Shown here one piece after another: positions 59,861 through 64,000 of a DNA stretch of 64,000 nucleotides. This DNA is from a virus: the IMG/VR virus record IMGVR_UViG_3300045988_135095; one strand, 5' to 3'. How positions within the stretch are numbered: the stretch's first letter is position 1; each line of letters starts with the position of its first letter. Made by a program: the position numbers and the translations under genes. Below the pieces are notes generated by a model, which had not been told where the DNA came from, searched no databases, and saw only the letters and a list, made by a program, of their open reading frames with translations.

Positions 59861-60274
59861 CTAGAATGGCAAATCATCATCTTTGCCCGGCTGCGGTGCC
59901 GGTGACTGAACTCCTTGCGGCTGCGGTGGTGGAGGTGCTTGCTGCTGCGTCTGGCCACCTCTCTGATACTTTTCTATCTTATAACCCGAAATGGTATTGA
60001 AATACTTTACCGGGTCATTTGCACTCTTCTGATACTTGGTACCTTGAAGAGCAAAAGATATAGTAACAATCTCGCCAACTGCAAAATCAGCAGGATCATC
60101 CACGTGCTTTCCGCTGAACTCAAAACTTGGGTAGTTCTCGTACACATCTCCGTAATTCGAGTGTGTACAGTTAAGAACCACAACTCTCTTTTTGAACGGC
60201 TCTCCACCGCTCTTACTTGGTATTTCCTCGACATTGCCGATGAGCAATACCCTTCCTGTCATTGTATTAGCCAT
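59861..60274 (-). CDS. ssb: single-stranded DNA-binding protein
   Basis: 137 aa with an OB-fold N-domain, a Gln/Pro-rich linker and the canonical DDDLPF tail. Confidence 0.85.
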   Translation of the reverse strand: MANTMTGRVLLIGNVEEIPSKSGGEPFKKRVVVLNCTHSNYGDVYENYPSFEFSGKHVDDPADFAVGEIVTISFALQGTKYQKSANDPVKYFNTISGYKIEKYQRGGQTQQQAPPPPQPQGVQSPAPQPGKDDDLPF

Positions 60275-61004
60275 CTGATTCTGTTAATGGTAAATATGGT
60301 AATAATTCTCTCATTTCTACCCATTTGAGGAAGTCACGCAATAGAGCGTGGTTCTTATCTTCCATTCCCGGGTATCTGTAACAAGTGATTGCTGGCTCAT
60401 AAGGAGTAAGCTTGAGACCTCTCACGTCTCCCTTGTGCTTATCCTTATTGTAGCCCTCAAAGACAAACAAGTCAAAATGGAACACATCAGCTTCAAACAA
60501 CTCTAGGTAAAGCTGCCATTGGCAACTATCTATATAGTCTTTGTCTGATACCGGTCCGTACTTAGTCTTGATGTCTCTTATCTCTAGTCCGTCAATCATA
60601 TCGGCACATCCCGTGATAACGGCATTGCCGAAATCCTTGTATTCACGAACCTCATGAAAGGCGCCAGGATGCTCATTTCTGTATTTCAAAGCAACCTTGC
60701 ATTGTGGAATGTCGAGAATCGCTTCACCTTCATCAAAGACGAATCTTCTTCCTTTTGGAACGGGTTCTGTCTTATCTTTCTTATAATAGGTGAAATGACG
60801 AACACCTTCCGGCTCCTTGAAACAATGGGGACTGCCAGTCTCCACGATGGAGTGAAAGGCAGTTCCTATTCTTGTGTAATCGTTGCCCTCAAACTTCTTA
60901 GTGATATTGTCTATAACGTCCTGCTCTGTAACATAAGCATATTCGTCAGACATATACCGTCTGAAGCTCTCTAGCTGGGTAACTCTAACCAAAGGCTTCA
61001 TCAT
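60267..61004 (-). CDS. PD-(D/E)XK-type nuclease
   Basis: 245 aa with GCADMIDG...EIRDIKT (D...D/E-x-K). Located in the recombination module. Confidence 0.55.
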   Translation of the reverse strand: MMKPLVRVTQLESFRRYMSDEYAYVTEQDVIDNITKKFEGNDYTRIGTAFHSIVETGSPHCFKEPEGVRHFTYYKKDKTEPVPKGRRFVFDEGEAILDIPQCKVALKYRNEHPGAFHEVREYKDFGNAVITGCADMIDGLEIRDIKTKYGPVSDKDYIDSCQWQLYLELFEADVFHFDLFVFEGYNKDKHKGDVRGLKLTPYEPAITCYRYPGMEDKNHALLRDFLKWVEMRELLPYLPLTESDG

Positions 61005-61951
61005 GCTGCATCCTCATGCTTGACGAACTTCTTGCCCTTCTTGTCAAAGTCAATGCCTTTGACAGCAAGTTCCTTGATCATCTGATTCATGAATGCCTTC
61101 TGATGAATCTTGTTCAATCCGCGGGCAACCTCGATGAGAGCATTTGCATCATCTACAGTCTCCACGGCTGCAAGCTTCTTTCGAGCATCATCAACGGCTT
61201 TCTGTGCCTTAGCCTGAGCATCTGACTTATTCACGATGGCTTTCTTCACCTTCTTGATGATGTCTGCCATGCAAGTATCAAACTCCTCTGTTCCGTAAAC
61301 AGGAATCCAAGTGTCCTGCAGGTCTGCAACATTCTTACCAACACGATTATCCTGTGGCTCGAACTTGATGACGCGATTGCCGTTCTCCTTGCAGATATAA
61401 CCTACCTGGTCCGCAATACGGATGAGCAAGTCCTTGCTCTGTCCTGTACAGTCTGGAGAATGCTTGATGTTGTCTCCCTCCTGTGTCTCTTTGTCGTGAC
61501 AGATGAAGATGATATCGGAGTTGTTTGAACGGAGAATGCCGACAAACTGCTTGAACAATTCTCCCATCACGCCATATCGCTTCAACGAGTTAGTTCCCAG
61601 CTTATGGTCTTGCTGAATAGCAAAAGCGTTGAGATAGTCATCGAGCATAGCCTTGGCAGTATCTACTACGATGGTCTTACACTCACTGATCAAACCTGGC
61701 TTCCAAACCTGCTTGCCATCCTCAACAACATAAGAACCGATAACCTCAGCATTATAGATGTCTTCCCAGCGTGAAGCCGTGACAACAATGTCTGGACGCT
61801 GAACGGCACGGTCAAAGCCTCGGTCGGTGTCGATGAGTAAAGGACTGTTGGCTGTAGTAGCCAAAGATGTCTTACCGGTACCTGGAGTACCATAAAGTAC
61901 AATAATCACTGGACGCTCTGTAACGACGTCATTCTTTCTAATAATTGGCAT
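61001..61951 (-). CDS. Sak4-like RecA-fold ATPase (AAA_24-type)
   Basis: 316 aa with Walker A YGTPGTGKTS and LLIDTD. Confidence 0.7.
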   Translation of the reverse strand: MPIIRKNDVVTERPVIIVLYGTPGTGKTSLATTANSPLLIDTDRGFDRAVQRPDIVVTASRWEDIYNAEVIGSYVVEDGKQVWKPGLISECKTIVVDTAKAMLDDYLNAFAIQQDHKLGTNSLKRYGVMGELFKQFVGILRSNNSDIIFICHDKETQEGDNIKHSPDCTGQSKDLLIRIADQVGYICKENGNRVIKFEPQDNRVGKNVADLQDTWIPVYGTEEFDTCMADIIKKVKKAIVNKSDAQAKAQKAVDDARKKLAAVETVDDANALIEVARGLNKIHQKAFMNQMIKELAVKGIDFDKKGKKFVKHEDAA

Positions 61952-61961
61952 AAACTAATAT

Positions 61962-62525
61962 TTAATTGTTAAACAAATTGTTCTTATTTGCATAGGTGAT
62001 AAACTCAGAGAGCTTATGTATTCCTAGTTTCACATACACAGACTTTACGTGCTGATGTATCGTGTTCGGGGAGTTGAATAGCTCGGCTGCAGCCTCCTGC
62101 TCGCTTCGTCCCTCATAAAGCAGTTTCATCACGCGCAACTCCGCAGTAGAAAGATTAGCATTAAACCTTGGCATACAGACGATGCTATCATAAGGGCATT
62201 CACCACGCATTGGGCATTCGACCTTCTCGAAGTTGAACCTTCCATCCTTGTCAACATCGACGACATCAAAAGCCGTAGTGTCGAGTCGACAAAAGTTGCA
62301 TTTGCAAAATCGACGCATCATGAGATACTGATAATAACTCTCGTTAGGTGCGCTCTTGGAGTAAATCTTCTCCAACGCCTTGTATGCTTCCGGATAGCAA
62401 GCGCGAACCTTTTCCAGGATGTATTTCACCAGCTCTGTATGTGTCTCATCGACCATGAAGTTCTTTCCGTCTGACGTCTTACACCATAGCTCATCCTCGA
62501 ACATATAGAACTCTAATCCTTCCAT
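61962..62525 (-). CDS. LuxR/GerE-type HTH regulator with Cys-rich N-domain
   Basis: C-terminal LSTAELRVMKLLYEGRSEQEAAAELFNSPNTIHQHVKSVYVKLG. N-terminal CKCNFC...ECPMRGECP...VC. Confidence 0.6.
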   Translation of the reverse strand: MEGLEFYMFEDELWCKTSDGKNFMVDETHTELVKYILEKVRACYPEAYKALEKIYSKSAPNESYYQYLMMRRFCKCNFCRLDTTAFDVVDVDKDGRFNFEKVECPMRGECPYDSIVCMPRFNANLSTAELRVMKLLYEGRSEQEAAAELFNSPNTIHQHVKSVYVKLGIHKLSEFITYANKNNLFNN

Positions 62526-62767
62526 AAGTCCTCCTCGCTAATGCCTGTTAGCTCACACAATACTTCTACATGGATGTGCTGCTGTGGCTTCATGCCATAT
62601 AGAACCCAATTCCTAACTGTCTGCTCGGTAACCTTGCAGCGTTTAGCGACTTCCGTGATGAAGTCGTATCGCGGGGCACTTCTCATCGGTAACCCCTGAT
62701 AATAACCTTTTAAGGTCATTTTTTGAGATTTTTCCTCAAAAGTGTTTGATGTTTGAATATTTTCCAT
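62513..62767 (-). CDS. Cro-like HTH protein
   Basis: ATG at 62767 (MENIQTS). HTH ITEVAKRCKVTEQTVRNWV. The track start at 62905 is a GTG running through the promoters. Confidence 0.55.
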   Translation of the reverse strand: MENIQTSNTFEEKSQKMTLKGYYQGLPMRSAPRYDFITEVAKRCKVTEQTVRNWVLYGMKPQQHIHVEVLCELTGISEEDLWKD

Positions 62768-62775
62768 TATCTTTG
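62744..62775 (+). promoter_or_regulatory. plus-strand promoter TTTG-N20-TATCTTTG for the repressor gene
   Basis: Canonical spacing. Overlaps the cro-like start codon. Confidence 0.45.
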
Positions 62776-62805
62776 CACTATGTTTTATATCTTTATGCAA
62801 AGATA
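62768..62805. promoter_or_regulatory. 38-bp inverted unit TATCTTTGCA-N18-TGCAAAGATA (two face-to-face -7 boxes / operator candidate)
   Basis: A copy with the same spacing lies at 63737..63774. Confidence 0.45.
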
Positions 62806-62829
62806 CAAATATATTCTGATATATGCAAA
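62798..62829 (-). promoter_or_regulatory. minus-strand early promoter TTTG-N20-TATCTTTG
   Basis: Minus strand reads TATATTTGCATATATCAGAATATATTTGTATCTTTG. About 30 nt upstream of the cro-like ATG. Confidence 0.55.
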
Positions 62830-62872
62830 TATATCGAAAAGATTTAGTCAAAATTAACAAATTTATACAGAT

Positions 62873-63250
62873 ATGTTCAAATATAAAGAATTTAGAAGAG
62901 CTCACGGACTATTTCAGTCTAAGCTTGCAGAAATTATGGGAATTTCCCAATCTAACATTTCGAGATACGAAACAGAGGGTATAGATCCTACACCTGCGCA
63001 GTTTCAGAAACTATACGATGAGTATGGAGAAGAAAATGTCAAGGCTTTCGAGGTAGAACCTTCTCAATTCGTTAATGCAGAGAATAATGTAAACAGTGGC
63101 TCTGGAAATCAGAACAACGGAATCCAAAGTAATGCTGATTTAGTAGAAATTATAAAGAGGCAGACTGAGATGATAGCAAAGCATATCGAAAAACAAGATG
63201 ATATAAATGTACGTCTCATGAATCTTCTTGAAAAATTAACTTTGAAATGA
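62873..63250 (+). CDS. XRE-family HTH repressor (CI-like, no peptidase domain)
   Basis: 125 aa with RRAHGLFQSKLAEIMGISQSNISRYETEG. On the opposite strand to the cro-like gene and pointing away from it. Confidence 0.7.
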   Translation: MFKYKEFRRAHGLFQSKLAEIMGISQSNISRYETEGIDPTPAQFQKLYDEYGEENVKAFEVEPSQFVNAENNVNSGSGNQNNGIQSNADLVEIIKRQTEMIAKHIEKQDDINVRLMNLLEKLTLK

Positions 63251-63543
63251 AACTGAATATTCCCGATTGTGCCCTGGATATTAGCGACAGGTTCTTCAAA
63301 GCACTTGATGTTCTCAAAGAACAGAGAAAAATTAAAGGCTTACAGACTTTTACAAAAGAGTTTGGTTTGAACTATGGTAACATGAATACTCTAAAGCATA
63401 ACAGAGATAAGCGTACTTTTCGTATAGAGTATCTTGCTTACCTCGCCGAAGGGTATGGTGTATCATGCGAGTGGCTACTGCTTGGAACCGGTCCCATGTT
63501 TACACAAACATGTTCCAAAAGCGAAGAATCTCAGAACCTTTGA
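63247..63543 (+). CDS. second HTH protein
   Basis: 98 aa. ...YLAEGYGVSCEWLLLGTGPMF is typical of the end of phage-repressor HTH domains. ATGA overlap with the repressor gene. Confidence 0.5.
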   Translation: MKLNIPDCALDISDRFFKALDVLKEQRKIKGLQTFTKEFGLNYGNMNTLKHNRDKRTFRIEYLAYLAEGYGVSCEWLLLGTGPMFTQTCSKSEESQNL

Positions 63544-63694
63544 AACGCTGTCCGTGAACTTTTTGCATAGACTTTATATATCCTGCGTTCACATAGGAGC
63601 GCAGGGTGTTGCGATGTATACCCAACAGTTTGCAGGTTTCCGATATGGTATATCGCGAAGTTGGACTTATGTTTGGCTGAACTGATGTTACCAT
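63500..63694 (-). CDS. excisionase-type HTH protein
   Basis: 64 aa. YTISETCKLLGIHRNTLRSYVNAG is excisionase/MerR-like. Confidence 0.5.
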   Translation of the reverse strand: MVTSVQPNISPTSRYTISETCKLLGIHRNTLRSYVNAGYIKSMQKVHGQRFKGSEILRFWNMFV

Positions 63695-63736
63695 GTTAAA
63701 TAGTTTAAATGCGTGCTAGAATAAAGGATTTCTTTA

Positions 63737-63774
63737 TATCTTTGCACTAAGTTATAAATTCAAATGCAAAGATA
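63737..63774. promoter_or_regulatory. second copy of the 38-bp TATCTTTGCA-N18-TGCAAAGATA unit
   Basis: Shares TATCTTTGCACTA and ATGCAAAGATA with 62768..62805. Confidence 0.4.
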
Positions 63775-63797
63775 AATGAAAAAAATGATATATCAAA
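63767..63797 (-). promoter_or_regulatory. promoter TTTG-N19-TATCTTTG for the excisionase-like gene
   Basis: About 75 nt upstream of the ATG at 63694. Confidence 0.4.
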
Positions 63798-63940
63798 ATA
63801 TATGTGGATATATTTAAATATAATTAATATTTCTGCATATTGTGTAACTCGAGAAAATGGCATGCTTGCAAATAGCTTGCAAATAAAAAAAACGGGTCTC
63901 TGTAATTAATTGAGGCTAAGATAGTTATATCGAAAAGCTT

Positions 63941-64000
63941 CACATCTGGAAAGCGTGTAACCGGCAAAACCGGTTCGGGGGTTCGAATCCCCCTCTTTCC
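63941..64000 (+). tRNA. 3-prime part of a class II tRNA (Ser-GGA-like), truncated by the window and lacking a 5-prime half
   Basis: Anticodon arm cacat-CTGGAAA-gcgtg (one A-C mismatch), long variable arm ACCGG-caaa-aCCGGT, T-arm GGGGG-TTCGAAT-CCCCC and acceptor TCTTTCC. No matching GGAAAGA, D-arm or other 5-prime half upstream. Confidence 0.5.

Larger units (their letters stand above)
1..63940. mobile_element. temperate siphovirus-like phage (probable prophage) filling the window
   Basis: Contiguous tail, head, accessory, packaging, replication/recombination and CI/Cro-type switch modules. The right end abuts a 3-prime tRNA fragment (63941..64000) typical of an att site. The left end is not reached. 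Confidence 0.75.

Noticed and set aside
61962-62525. Idea that the LuxR-type protein and phage luxS form a quorum-sensing circuit
   Set aside because: Only the GerE DNA-binding domain is LuxR-like. No autoinducer-binding domain is evident, and AI-2 is not sensed by LuxR-type receptors. The co-occurrence is likely coincidental.

Overview
The window is almost entirely one temperate siphovirus-like phage, probably a prophage. The host is probably in the Bacteroidota, because about 14 promoters fit the -33 TTTG / -7 TAnnTTTG pattern, most with an exact 20-nt spacer. Nearly all genes are on the minus strand. From left to right the modules are: tail fibres, baseplate and tape measure (1-13.5 kb); a tRNA-like element; the head/neck module (13.6-18.2 kb); an Mtn/Pfs-LuxS pair; about 45 small early genes (19.4-29.4 kb); a plus-strand portal and head-morphogenesis unit; an accessory island with an antirepressor-like gene, a GmrSD-type DUF262/DUF1524 nuclease, a membrane protein and a DNA ligase (32.7-38.8 kb); terL/terS; a nine-gene ParB-like / PP-loop ATPase / glycosyltransferase-like / methyltransferase operon that runs straight into the terminase genes (41.0-47.3 kb); PcfJ/PcfK-like and small genes; a replication module with DnaB, a DnaC-like loader and an initiator carrying 21-bp iterons; a recombination module with NinG, an SF2 helicase, NinB, SSB, a PD-(D/E)XK nuclease and a Sak4-like ATPase; a CI/Cro-type switch; and a 3-prime tRNA fragment at the right edge that is probably the att site. 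The most interesting signals are: the ParB/IbrA-like modification-type operon; the phage-borne SAH-to-AI-2 pathway; an aberrant 113-nt tRNA-like element; three promoter-plus-terminator units with no credible ORF, one of which is antisense to a leader motif shared by several operon-leading genes; a repeated 142-bp promoter/leader cassette; and face-to-face switch promoters. All family calls come from motifs read by eye. No database search or folding program was run.
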